Shown piece by piece: positions 14,450-22,711 of a stretch of 26,156 nt of DNA. The notes beneath the pieces are model-generated. The model did not search any database, had not been told where the DNA came from, and saw nothing but the letters and a program-made list of their open reading frames with translations. The stretch lies in IMG/VR virus record IMGVR_UViG_2585427783_000007; one strand, 5' to 3'. The translations under genes were made by a program, and so were the position numbers. Position 1 is the first letter of the stretch. Each line of letters begins with the position of its first letter. Source of the DNA: a virus. Its lineage: Duplodnaviria > Heunggongvirae > Uroviricota > Caudoviricetes.

Positions 14450-15286
14450 ATGGCTAATGAAAAAAAGACATCCCGCAAAAAGTTTCGCGTGGCTGTCTCC
14501 GGATCAACTGTTGATGGCCGCGAAATCAGCCCGGTACATCTGCGTGAAGCCGCCGAGAACTTCAACCCGGATGTTTACGCTGCCCGCGTGAACGTTGAGC
14601 ACTATCTCTCGCCATGCCCGTCAAGCGAATTTTCCGCAATGGGCGATGTCACCGCGCTGAGTACGGAAGATATTACGGAAGGCCCGCTGGCCGGACGTAC
14701 TGCGCTGTATGCAGAAATCGAACCGACCGAGCGCATGAAGCAGCTTGTCGCTGACGGCAAGAAAATCTATTCCAGTATCGAACTGCACCCGCAGTTCTCC
14801 GTTAACGGGCGCGCCTATCTGGTCGGGCTGGCGATGACCGACACCCCGGCAAGCCTGGGCACTGAGCGCCTGAAATTCACGGCACAGCAACGTCAGGCGG
14901 TGATGACGTTCAACAGTATCCAGGGTGAAGCGCCGCTTATCTCCGAAGCCATTGAGTCTGAAATCATCGAAATGGCAGAACAACGCCAGGAAGAAGGCAC
15001 CCAGTGGTTTAACCGCGTAATGGGGATTATTGGCCGTGGCCGCAAAGCGGATGACGCCAGTTTTTCCCGTATTCAGGAAGCGGTGGAAGGCGTCGCAACG
15101 TCACAGGCCGACATTATCGACCGTTTTAATGTGCTGGAAGCCCGCCATAAGCAGGACCGTCAGAAAATCACGTCACTGACCACAGAGCTGACAGCACTGA
15201 AGGAAAAACTGCGCACGCAGGACGGCGATCCACAGAACCGGTTCACCGCAACGGGCGCAGCCTCCGATCAGCTGGCTGACTTCTGA
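14450..15286 (+). CDS. O: Capsid scaffolding protein (P2 gpO-like)
   Basis: Internal ATG at 14450 (MANEKKTSRKKFRVAVSGSTVDGREIS...) with AGAGGGG upstream; resembles the P2 gpO N-terminus as recalled; ...AYLVGLAMTDTPASLGTE... region conserved. Confidence 0.85.
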   Translation: MANEKKTSRKKFRVAVSGSTVDGREISPVHLREAAENFNPDVYAARVNVEHYLSPCPSSEFSAMGDVTALSTEDITEGPLAGRTALYAEIEPTERMKQLVADGKKIYSSIELHPQFSVNGRAYLVGLAMTDTPASLGTERLKFTAQQRQAVMTFNSIQGEAPLISEAIESEIIEMAEQRQEEGTQWFNRVMGIIGRGRKADDASFSRIQEAVEGVATSQADIIDRFNVLEARHKQDRQKITSLTTELTALKEKLRTQDGDPQNRFTATGAASDQLADF

Positions 15287-15309
15287 TAAGACAAAGGAGC
15301 AAATTTTTT

Positions 15310-16362
15310 ATGAATCTGGTGATGTCAGATAATGCCCGTAACAAGCTGGGCTGCTACATGACGCAGCAGGCGTCGCTTAACAATATCCCGGTTTCTGCGC
15401 TGGTATCGCGATTTACCGTCAATCCATCGGTACAACAGCGTTTTGAAAACGCTTCAAAGGAAAGTACCGAATTTACGAAAAGAATTAATGTAATCGGTGT
15501 AACTGACCAGAAAGGCGAAAAAGTTCTCCTGGACACCACCGGGCCGATTGCGCGCACGAATACCAGTTATGACGGCACAGATCGCCGTAATCCGATTAAC
15601 GCTGTCGATATGAAGGCTCGTCAGTACCAGTGTGAACAGGTGAACTACGACACGTTTATTTCGTACCCGAAGCTTGATGCCTGGGCGGCTCACAGCGATT
15701 TTCAGTCGCGCATCAGCACACAGATTGCCCGGCAGGTGGCGCTTGACCGCATCATGATCGGCTTTAACGGCACATCACACGCGGAAAAATCCAATTTCAG
15801 CACCAACAAGCTGCTTCAGGACGTTAACGTGGGCTGGCTGGAGCACATCAGAACCGATGCCAGTGAACGCGTAATGAATGACGTGACGCTGACTTCCCGC
15901 AACATGGACAACACAGTGGCGCACGCGGGTAAGTATGCGAACGCTGATGCACTGGTACAGGACGCGCGCTCATCCCTGCTGGATGAATGGCACAAGGAAG
16001 CAGACGACCTCGTGGTGATTATGGGGCGCAACCTGTTTAACTCGCTGCGTCTGCCCGTGCTGAACAGCATCAGCGGCCAGAATCCCAATGCGGAATTACT
16101 CGCCGGACAGCTCATCCTGTCATCGCGCACCATTGGTGGGCTGGATGTATTCCTTGCGCCGTTCTTCCCGGATGCAACGATGCTGATCACCTCATTCAAC
16201 AACCTGTCAATTTACTGGCAGAGAGGCTCAATGCGTCGCCTGATGAAAGACGAGCCGGAATACAACCGCATCGCCACCTACCAGTCCATCAATGACGCTT
16301 ATGTCGTTGAAGACTATGGCAAGTGCGCGATGGTCACAGGCCTGAAGTTCGCCGACAGCTAA
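15310..16362 (+). CDS. N: Major capsid protein (P2 gpN-like)
   Basis: 350 aa; blocks FTVNPSVQQ, YQCEQVNYDTFISY, IMIGFNGT, LVVIMGRNL, PDATMLITSFNNLSIYWQ, YVVEDYG co-linear with P2 gpN as recalled. Start could alternatively be the ATG at 15358. Confidence 0.9.
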   Translation: MNLVMSDNARNKLGCYMTQQASLNNIPVSALVSRFTVNPSVQQRFENASKESTEFTKRINVIGVTDQKGEKVLLDTTGPIARTNTSYDGTDRRNPINAVDMKARQYQCEQVNYDTFISYPKLDAWAAHSDFQSRISTQIARQVALDRIMIGFNGTSHAEKSNFSTNKLLQDVNVGWLEHIRTDASERVMNDVTLTSRNMDNTVAHAGKYANADALVQDARSSLLDEWHKEADDLVVIMGRNLFNSLRLPVLNSISGQNPNAELLAGQLILSSRTIGGLDVFLAPFFPDATMLITSFNNLSIYWQRGSMRRLMKDEPEYNRIATYQSINDAYVVEDYGKCAMVTGLKFADS

Positions 16363-16371
16363 TCAACTCAC

Positions 16372-16390
16372 GGCGGGCATCATGCCCGCC
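16372..16390 (+). other. GC-rich hairpin between capsid and small terminase genes
   Basis: GGCGGGCAT-C-ATGCCCGCC, 10 bp after the N stop; no T-run, so probably an mRNA stability or processing element rather than a terminator. Confidence 0.3.
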
Positions 16391-16407
16391 TGTAACGGAG
16401 AGAAAGA

Positions 16408-17208
16408 ATGATTACCCCTGCACAGCAACACTGGCAGAACGTGATGGCGCAGCGCGCAGGCCGGGCGAATGAAGGCGTGGATCACGCCGCACGTACCGCG
16501 CATGAAGAGGTGCTGTATCGTCTGCGTCTGGCACAGGCCCGACTTAAGGGCGTACAGGCCAGAAGCGCCAAAGCCGCCATCAAAAAAGAGTTGTTACCGG
16601 ACTTTTCCGGCTGGATTGAAGGAACGCTGGAGGCTGACGGCGGGCAGCAAGATGAGGTGATTGCCACGCTGATGGTGTGGGCGATTGACTGCGGCGATCT
16701 TCCGCTGGCATTGCGTATTGGTGCGTATGTGGTCCGTCACAACCTCATCATGCCGGATAACTTTGGCCGTACTGCTGCCACGGTACTGACCGAAGAAATC
16801 TGCAACCCGGTACTGACGCAGGCCGGGACGGATGCCGACGCGGATTTGTCCGCCTTTATCGAACCACTGGACACACTTTGGGAAATTGTCGCCAACCAGG
16901 ATATGCCGGACGAAGTGCGCGCCAAATTATGCAAGGCGTGCGCCTTTGCCCGCCGTGGCCTGAGCGATGCGGACAGCATGGCCTCATCACTGAAGCTGCT
17001 GCGCGAAGCGATGCACCTGAACCCGAACGCAGGTGTGAAACGCGAGATTGCAACCCTTTCCCGCGCCCTGAAAAAAGCCGATTCCGCAGCCGAACCAGAA
17101 GACGCCAGCACACCGCAGGCGCAGGACGAAAGCAGCAAAAGTAAAAAGACAACGCGGAAGCCTGCAACACGAAAAACCACCGCGACGCAGAAGGCGAAGC
17201 GCGGTTAA
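16408..17208 (+). CDS. M: Terminase small subunit (P2 gpM-like)
   Basis: 266 aa; GGAGAGAAAG RBS; resemblance to P2 gpM as recalled (...ELLPDFSGWIEGTLEA..., ...DMPDEVRAKL..., ...NPNAGVKREI...); basic C-terminal tail. Confidence 0.85.
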   Translation: MITPAQQHWQNVMAQRAGRANEGVDHAARTAHEEVLYRLRLAQARLKGVQARSAKAAIKKELLPDFSGWIEGTLEADGGQQDEVIATLMVWAIDCGDLPLALRIGAYVVRHNLIMPDNFGRTAATVLTEEICNPVLTQAGTDADADLSAFIEPLDTLWEIVANQDMPDEVRAKLCKACAFARRGLSDADSMASSLKLLREAMHLNPNAGVKREIATLSRALKKADSAAEPEDASTPQAQDESSKSKKTTRKPATRKTTATQKAKRG

Positions 17209-17224
17209 CGACTGACCCCGTCAG

Positions 17225-17295
17225 CGGGCGGCGTGCGCGGTGTTCCGGTTTGACTCCGTGACCGTTTACACCGCGCACCCACCGCCCGATTTTTT
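17225..17295 (+). terminator. Long imperfect hairpin plus T6 run between M and L
   Basis: CGGGCGG (17225-17231) pairs CCGCCCG (17282-17288); GTGCGCGGTGT (17233-17243) pairs ACACCGCGCAC (17268-17278); followed by TTTTTT at 17290-17295, immediately before the L RBS. Confidence 0.45.
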
Positions 17296-17309
17296 CAGGA
17301 GTGAACCCA

Positions 17310-17804
17310 ATGAGTATGGTTGCCAGAACCAACCCCGGACCCGCAGAGGACGACATCACCGATACCGATGATGGTGATACCCGTATTTCAGCGGGTGCAT
17401 TCTGGCCGGATATTGTGCTGCGTGAGCTGCGTCTGGCGGTACGACTGCCGGGCCGTGTGACCACCTCCCGCCTGCTGCATACCGCCACCGGGGCCGTGGC
17501 ACACGTTACCCGCGAGCTGGAAGCATGGCAGCAGGAACAGCAGGCGGCTGGCCATCAGACGCTGGCCGATGTTCCGGCACCCGTAATTAACGGAGAAAGC
17601 GTCAATCTCTGGCACTGGCGCAATGCTGTTTATACCGCCACGCGCGCCCTGATTCTGGAGCGTTATCGTGATGCAGACACAACGGACAAGGGCGACCGCC
17701 GGGCGGACGCTCTGGATATACAGACATCGGATTTGTGGCGTGATGTGAGCTGGGCCATCTCTGACATTCTGTGCCGCCCGCGAATCTTTGCGGAGTTGTG
17801 CTGA
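17310..17804 (+). CDS. L: Head completion/stabilisation protein (P2 gpL-like)
   Basis: ATG at 17310 with AGGAG 9 nt upstream (table ORF begins at GTG 17301); ...FWPDI...DLWRDVSWAI...CRPR... blocks resemble P2 gpL as recalled. Confidence 0.85.
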   Translation: MSMVARTNPGPAEDDITDTDDGDTRISAGAFWPDIVLRELRLAVRLPGRVTTSRLLHTATGAVAHVTRELEAWQQEQQAAGHQTLADVPAPVINGESVNLWHWRNAVYTATRALILERYRDADTTDKGDRRADALDIQTSDLWRDVSWAISDILCRPRIFAELC

Positions 17805-18004
17805 TGAAAGTGAAGGCACTGGAAGGCGACACCGTGGATTCGCTCTGTTTCCGGTACTACGGCACGACGCAGGGCGTCACCGAAAAGGTGCTGGATGCCA
17901 ACCCCGGACTCTGTCAGCAGGTATTTCTGGACGCCGGGCAGGAAGTGGAGATGCCGGAGCCGGAGAAGAAGAAACGAGAAATGATTCAGTTGTGGGGGGA
18001 GTAG
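17804..18004 (+). CDS. X: Tail protein X (P2 gpX-like), 66 aa
   Basis: ATG at 17804 overlapping the L stop; MKVKALEGDTVDSLCFRYYGTTQGVTEKVLDANPGL resembles P2 gpX as recalled. Confidence 0.8.
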   Translation: MKVKALEGDTVDSLCFRYYGTTQGVTEKVLDANPGLCQQVFLDAGQEVEMPEPEKKKREMIQLWGE

Positions 18005-18006
18005 CA

Positions 18007-18330
18007 GTGAGCACCATTCAAACAGGGATCACAGAGCAGGTTATTGCGTGGCTCTTTGACCACCTGCCAACGGTGTATGCAGTAGGCGCGGCGGTCAGCA
18101 TTTCCGCGCTGATGAGTCTTTATGACGGACGAACACTGGTTCAGACCGTAACGGGATCGCTGGCGTGCGGCGTTCTTGCCATGGCCGTGGCCGGATCGTT
18201 GCGCTTCTTCGGTTTTCCTGAAGATGCCGTGACGTTTATCGGCGCATCAATCGGTTTTATGGGCGCAGAGAAAGCACGCGACAAGGTTATTGCAGCCTTT
18301 AATCGCAGGGTGAAGGAGAAGGACGAATGA
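18007..18330 (+). CDS. Putative holin (107 aa)
   Basis: GTG at 18007 with GGGGGGAG 5 nt upstream; two to three hydrophobic segments followed by a charged C-terminus (EKARDKVIAAFNRRVKEKDE); immediately upstream of the endolysin with overlapping stop and start. Confidence 0.65.
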   Translation: MSTIQTGITEQVIAWLFDHLPTVYAVGAAVSISALMSLYDGRTLVQTVTGSLACGVLAMAVAGSLRFFGFPEDAVTFIGASIGFMGAEKARDKVIAAFNRRVKEKDE

Positions 18331-18719
18331 GCAACACATTTAAATTCAGCAGCCGGAGCGAAAAGAATTTGCAGGGCGTAAATCCTGATCTGGTGAAAGT
18401 GACCCGACGGGCACTGGAAATTTCGGAAGTGGATTTTGGTATCACCGAAGGGTTGCGCAGCCGTTACCGCCAGAAGCAACTGGTGGCCACGGGTAAGAGC
18501 CAGACCATGAACAGCCGCCACCTTACGGGACATGCCGTGGATGTTGTGGCTTATATCGGCAGCCAGGTGTCATGGGAATGGCCGCTGTACGAAAAAATCG
18601 CAGCAGCATTCAGACAGGCCAGCCGGGAACTGAATATTCCGGTGGAATGGGGCGGCGACTGGAAGACCCTGAAAGACGGACCGCATTTTCAGTTACCACA
18701 CGGAGCCTATCCGGCATGA
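18327..18719 (+). CDS. Endolysin, L-alanyl-D-glutamate endopeptidase (peptidase M15 type)
   Basis: 130 aa; NLQGVNPDLVKVTRRALEIS...DFGITEGLRS...SRHLTGHAVDV...VEWGGDWK matches zinc-peptidase M15 endolysins such as the phage T5 enzyme as recalled; GAAGGAG RBS. Confidence 0.8.
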   Translation: MSNTFKFSSRSEKNLQGVNPDLVKVTRRALEISEVDFGITEGLRSRYRQKQLVATGKSQTMNSRHLTGHAVDVVAYIGSQVSWEWPLYEKIAAAFRQASRELNIPVEWGGDWKTLKDGPHFQLPHGAYPA

Positions 18720-19123
18720 AGCTCTGGCCCACGCTGGGCGTCGCTTTCCTTCTGATTGCTGGATGGGGAACATCCATGCGTCTGTCGTGGTCGCTGGGCC
18801 GGGAGAACGCCAGAAACGAAGCGCAGGCCAGCACCCTGAAAAGTACCGCCGACACCCTGAATATTATCAGCGCCGGGGTACAGGATATGCAGCAGGTGCT
18901 GGCGCAACTCCGCGTGGAAAATCAGCAACGCAATCAGGACGGAGAGGTAAGACGTGAACAGCTACGCAACGATATTGCAAAAGATGAATGCGCACACGCT
19001 TTGCCTGACGCTCGTTTTACTGACAGGCTGCGCAGGCACGCAGAACGCGCCACGGCCAGCGCCGTCAGTCCGGCTTATACCGCAGACGCTGACCATACCG
19101 GTAACGCCTCCCCCCTTCCCTGA
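18716..19123 (+). CDS. i-spanin (Rz/LysB-like)
   Basis: ATG at 18716 overlapping the endolysin stop; N-terminal transmembrane segment MKLWPTLGVAFLLIAGWGTS followed by a charged, helix-prone periplasmic region. Confidence 0.65.
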   Translation: MKLWPTLGVAFLLIAGWGTSMRLSWSLGRENARNEAQASTLKSTADTLNIISAGVQDMQQVLAQLRVENQQRNQDGEVRREQLRNDIAKDECAHALPDARFTDRLRRHAERATASAVSPAYTADADHTGNASPLP

Positions 19124-19274
19124 TACTCCCACATGGGGAAATCTCGGTATATGGGGCGACCGCCTTCTGGATGCACTGGAAACCTGTAACGCGGATAAAC
19201 GGGCCATTGAATTACTGGAACAGCGCAGGCTGCAACGACTGAACAACGAGGATAACAACCATGCTGAAAACTGA
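18954..19274 (+). CDS. o-spanin (Rz1/LysC-like lipoprotein), overlapping the i-spanin in another frame
   Basis: GTG at 18954 with GGAGAGG 6 nt upstream; lipobox LLTGC followed by a proline-rich segment; overlaps the i-spanin 3' half and the R start. Confidence 0.65.
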   Translation: MNSYATILQKMNAHTLCLTLVLLTGCAGTQNAPRPAPSVRLIPQTLTIPVTPPPFPDTPTWGNLGIWGDRLLDALETCNADKRAIELLEQRRLQRLNNEDNNHAEN

Positions 19275-19728
19275 TTCCCTGCGTGAAGCCATGACCCGTT
19301 CATGCCGATGGTGTCAGGCCAACCCGGAAAAATTCACCATTTTCGTGGAGAGCGGCAACATTGAAACGACAGGAGAAACCCCATCGTTTGTTTACCGCTA
19401 TCAGATGGTGATGTTTGTCATGGATTACGCCGGGGAGCTGGACGACCTCACGCTGCCGCTGCTGGCGTGGTTATCCGAAAATCAGCCACAATTGTTGCTC
19501 AACCCTGAGCGTAATCAGGACATCAAATTTTCCGCCGTTATCAATGACGATGACAGCGCCGATCTCCTGTTTACGCTCCCCCTGCGGGAACGCGTTCGCA
19601 TCACGCGCAGCAGTCAGGGCACACCGCAGGCAGAACACCTGCCGGAGCCAAAACCCCGCCTGCCATCTTCCGAAGGCGACTGGTCGCATGTATTCCAGGA
19701 TGTGACGTGGGGTGAAAGCGATGGATAA
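19261..19728 (+). CDS. R: Tail completion protein (P2 gpR-like)
   Basis: 155 aa; MLKTDSLREAM..., ...LPLLAWLSENQP... resemble P2 gpR as recalled. Confidence 0.85.
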   Translation: MLKTDSLREAMTRSCRWCQANPEKFTIFVESGNIETTGETPSFVYRYQMVMFVMDYAGELDDLTLPLLAWLSENQPQLLLNPERNQDIKFSAVINDDDSADLLFTLPLRERVRITRSSQGTPQAEHLPEPKPRLPSSEGDWSHVFQDVTWGESDG

Positions 19729-20356
19729 GGCATTCACCCGCGTGGATGAAACCTTTGAGGCCATCCGCGACAGCCTGAATCAGCAGGCCATCAATAACAT
19801 CGCCAGAAAGCTGGCACAGGATTTACGCCGCGCCCAGCAGGCGCGTATCCGGTCACAGAAAGCGCCGGACGGGACCGCGTGGACACCACGCAGACGCCGC
19901 GTAACCCGGATACAGGAACGCATTCGCTTTATCTGGAATAACGAAGCACGCACGCTGAAAAACTGGCATCACGACACGGGGAAATACGGGCGAACCATTA
20001 CCGGGTGGGATGAGGATAAAAACAATATCCGCACGTTTTACCGGGATGACATCGACCGTTTTCTGGAAATACGCACCCGGCGCATCAACCAGGACAGCAC
20101 AAAGCGCGTCCCCATGTTCGTAAAACTGCGCACCGCCCGCTACCTGAAAGCCCGTGCAGATGCTTCCGGTGTGACGGTGGGTTACAGCGGCGTGGCCGCA
20201 CGTATTGCCCGCGTTCATCAGTTCGGTGAGCGCGATCAGGTTGCGCCGGGCATTTTCACCAATTACCCGGCACGTGAGCTGCTGGGTATCAGCCAGACAG
20301 ATGAGCGCCTGATTTATAACACGGTGCTGGGCCGGATTGCGGAGGCTGTACGGTGA
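19721..20356 (+). CDS. S: Tail completion/virion morphogenesis protein (P2 gpS-like) with an internal insertion
   Basis: ATG at 19721 (table ORF begins at GTG 19712); ...LRRAQQARIRSQKAPDG... and ...RIARVHQFGERD... flank a ~65-aa segment that I do not recall in P2 gpS. Confidence 0.75.
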   Translation: MDKAFTRVDETFEAIRDSLNQQAINNIARKLAQDLRRAQQARIRSQKAPDGTAWTPRRRRVTRIQERIRFIWNNEARTLKNWHHDTGKYGRTITGWDEDKNNIRTFYRDDIDRFLEIRTRRINQDSTKRVPMFVKLRTARYLKARADASGVTVGYSGVAARIARVHQFGERDQVAPGIFTNYPARELLGISQTDERLIYNTVLGRIAEAVR

Positions 20357-20934
20357 GCGCAGAACTCATGCGACTGCTGAGCAATATCATCCGCACCGGG
20401 ATCATCTCTGAAGTTGATGAGAAGTCCTGGCGCGTGCGCGTTCGCAGCGGCGAACTGGAAACAGACTGGTTGCGCTGGAACACCACGCGCGCGGGAGCCT
20501 TCAATGTGTGGCTGCCGCCATCACCCGGCGAACAGGTGGTAATTGCCTGCATTGGCGGCAACCCGGAAACCGCCATGATAATTGGCAGCCTGTGGAGTGA
20601 TGCCAGTCCGGCCCCCGGCAAAAGCCTGAAAGAAATCGTGATCAGCGCGCCGGACGGCGCGGTGTTCCGCTACGACGCGGACGCTGGCGCACTGAGCGCC
20701 AGCGGCATGAAAACGGCCACTTTACAGGCATCCGTCAGCGTGAAACTGGATACGCCCGTCGTGGAATGCACAAACCTTCTGAGAACGGCGACGCTTGACG
20801 TCACAAAAGGAGGAAAGATGAGCGGCAATATCACGCACAGCGGCGGCAACTTCACCTCAAACGGCATTACAGTGCATACGCATAAACACGGTGGCGTGAA
20901 AGGCGGCAGCGATTCGACAGGAGGCCCACAGTGA
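20353..20934 (+). CDS. V: Baseplate spike/central hub protein (P2 gpV-like)
   Basis: GTG start overlapping the S stop; NIIRTGIISEVD, TDWLRW, GEQVVIACIGG, TPVVECTN, VHTHKHGG blocks resemble P2 gpV as recalled. Confidence 0.85.
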   Translation: MSAELMRLLSNIIRTGIISEVDEKSWRVRVRSGELETDWLRWNTTRAGAFNVWLPPSPGEQVVIACIGGNPETAMIIGSLWSDASPAPGKSLKEIVISAPDGAVFRYDADAGALSASGMKTATLQASVSVKLDTPVVECTNLLRTATLDVTKGGKMSGNITHSGGNFTSNGITVHTHKHGGVKGGSDSTGGPQ

Positions 20935-21281
20935 CAACCCGCTACACAGGAATGAACCCGGACGGAACGGGAAACCTGAACGATATGGAGCACCTGAAAC
21001 AGTCAGTCAGGGACATCCTGACCACCCCGCTGGCAAGCCGGGTTATGCGACGGGAATATGGCAGCCTTGTGCCTGATTTGATTGACGAACCCATGAATAA
21101 CACCACGCGTCTGCAATGCATGAGTGCTGCCGTGATTGCGCTGACACGATGGGAACCCCGCATTGCCCTGGATGCCATTGACGTTGTCTGGAAAGCGGGA
21201 GGCCGCGCCGGGGTGACGCTGTCGGGCACTGTCATGCAGACCATGCAGAATGTTGAGTTAACCATCACGCTGAGGGAGTAA
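20931..21281 (+). CDS. W: Baseplate wedge protein (P2 gpW-like, GPW/gp25 family)
   Basis: GTG start with AGGAGG 6 nt upstream; RYTGMN...DILTTPLASRVMRREYGSL...WEPRI resembles P2 gpW as recalled. Confidence 0.8.
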   Translation: MTTRYTGMNPDGTGNLNDMEHLKQSVRDILTTPLASRVMRREYGSLVPDLIDEPMNNTTRLQCMSAAVIALTRWEPRIALDAIDVVWKAGGRAGVTLSGTVMQTMQNVELTITLRE

Positions 21282-21284
21282 ATC

Positions 21285-22181
21285 ATGCCCGCCGTTGACC
21301 TTTCCCAGTTACCAGAACCCGCCATCATCGCGGAGCCTGACTTTGAAGCAATTCTGGCTGACACAAAGGCCATGATGATTGCAGCTTATCCCGCCGAACA
21401 GCGTGAAGCCGTTTCCGCTGCGCTGGAGCTGGAATCGGAACCCCTGAACGTTATCGCCCAGACAACAGCGTTTCGTGAAATGCTGTTACGCCAGCGGGTC
21501 AATGAGGGTGCACGCGCCTGCATGTTAAGCCACAGCGCCGGGACAGACCTGGACAACCTCGCGGGCAATATGAACACAAAGCGCCTGGTTATCACTCCGG
21601 CAACGGATACCACCGACGCGGTGATGGAGAGCGACACCTCGCTGAGACTGCGGGCGCAGCGGGCGTACGACGGCCTGAGTGTTGCTGGCCCGTCAGGTGC
21701 ATACGAGTATTTTGCACGCAGCGCCAGCGGTCTGGTGCGTGATGCGCGGGCCATCAGCCCGTCTCCGGCCTGTGTGACGGTTTCCATCCTGTCCACTGAA
21801 GGCGACGGCACAGCAACGGAGGCGTTGCTTAATACCGTTCGTGCCGTTCTGAATGCAGAGGATACCCGCCCGGTGGCCGACCGCCTGACCGTACAGAGCG
21901 CCAGAATCGTGACATGGCGGCTGAATGCAAAACTGTACTTTTATCCCGGCCCGGAATCCGAACCTATTCTGGCTGCGGCTGAATCGTCGTTCAGGAAGTG
22001 GCTGGCTGAGCAGGGGCTTATCGGTCAGGACGTGGCGTTGTCCGCCATTGCTGCCGCACTGCATGTGCACGGTGTGCAACGCGTGGAGATAATCGAACCC
22101 ACACAGAATATGGCCATCAGCGACATACAGGCGGCGCGCTGTGAGTCATTCACCATCAGCGAAGGTGGGCGTAATGAGTAA
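21285..22181 (+). CDS. J: Baseplate protein J (P2 gpJ-like)
   Basis: 298 aa; DLSQLPEP, SEPLN, QRVNEGARA, GLSVAGPSGAY, SPSPACVTVSILS, RPVADRLTVQSA, YPGPESEPI, HVHGVQRVE blocks co-linear with P2 gpJ as recalled. Confidence 0.85.
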   Translation: MPAVDLSQLPEPAIIAEPDFEAILADTKAMMIAAYPAEQREAVSAALELESEPLNVIAQTTAFREMLLRQRVNEGARACMLSHSAGTDLDNLAGNMNTKRLVITPATDTTDAVMESDTSLRLRAQRAYDGLSVAGPSGAYEYFARSASGLVRDARAISPSPACVTVSILSTEGDGTATEALLNTVRAVLNAEDTRPVADRLTVQSARIVTWRLNAKLYFYPGPESEPILAAAESSFRKWLAEQGLIGQDVALSAIAAALHVHGVQRVEIIEPTQNMAISDIQAARCESFTISEGGRNE

Positions 22182-22701
22182 TTCACTGTTACCACCATCA
22201 GCCAGCAATTTCATGCGTTGCGCCGAAGCTGTCGGAGCGCGCATTACAAACATCCCGGTAGACCTCAACACGCTGTGGTCACCGGACACCTGCCCGGTGC
22301 ATCTGCTGCCTTATCTCGCCTGGGCATTTTCCGTTGACCGCTGGGATCGCAACTGGCCGGAAGAGACAAAGCGACAGGTTATTCGTGATGCATGGCTGAT
22401 ACACCGACACAAAGGGACCATCAGCGCACTGCGCCGGGCCATTGAGCCGCTGGGATACCTCATTCGCGTGTCTGAGTGGTGGGAGTTCGACGGCGAACCC
22501 GGAACATTCAAGGTTGATGTTGGCACGCTGGACAGTGGTGTGACCGAGGAAATGTATCTGGAAATGGAACGGCTGATTGCCGATGCCAAACCCGCAAGTC
22601 GCCACCTTATCGGCCTGAACATTATCCAGGACATTCCCGGCTATCTGTATACAGGCGGTGTGGTCTGTGATGGTGATGTTATTACTGTTTATCCCGGATA
22701 A
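22174..22701 (+). CDS. I: Baseplate protein I (P2 gpI-like)
   Basis: ATG at 22174 overlapping the J stop; WSPDTCPVHLLPYLAWAFSVDRWD...EMERLIADAKPASRHLIGLNI...GDVITVYPG closely resembles P2 gpI as recalled. Confidence 0.8.
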   Translation: MSNSLLPPSASNFMRCAEAVGARITNIPVDLNTLWSPDTCPVHLLPYLAWAFSVDRWDRNWPEETKRQVIRDAWLIHRHKGTISALRRAIEPLGYLIRVSEWWEFDGEPGTFKVDVGTLDSGVTEEMYLEMERLIADAKPASRHLIGLNIIQDIPGYLYTGGVVCDGDVITVYPG

Positions 22702-22711
22702 GTGAGAAACA

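Noticed and set aside
16856-17488. 210-aa minus-strand ORF
   Set aside because: Antisense to the small terminase and L genes, arginine/serine-rich; a shadow ORF of GC-rich coding sequence.
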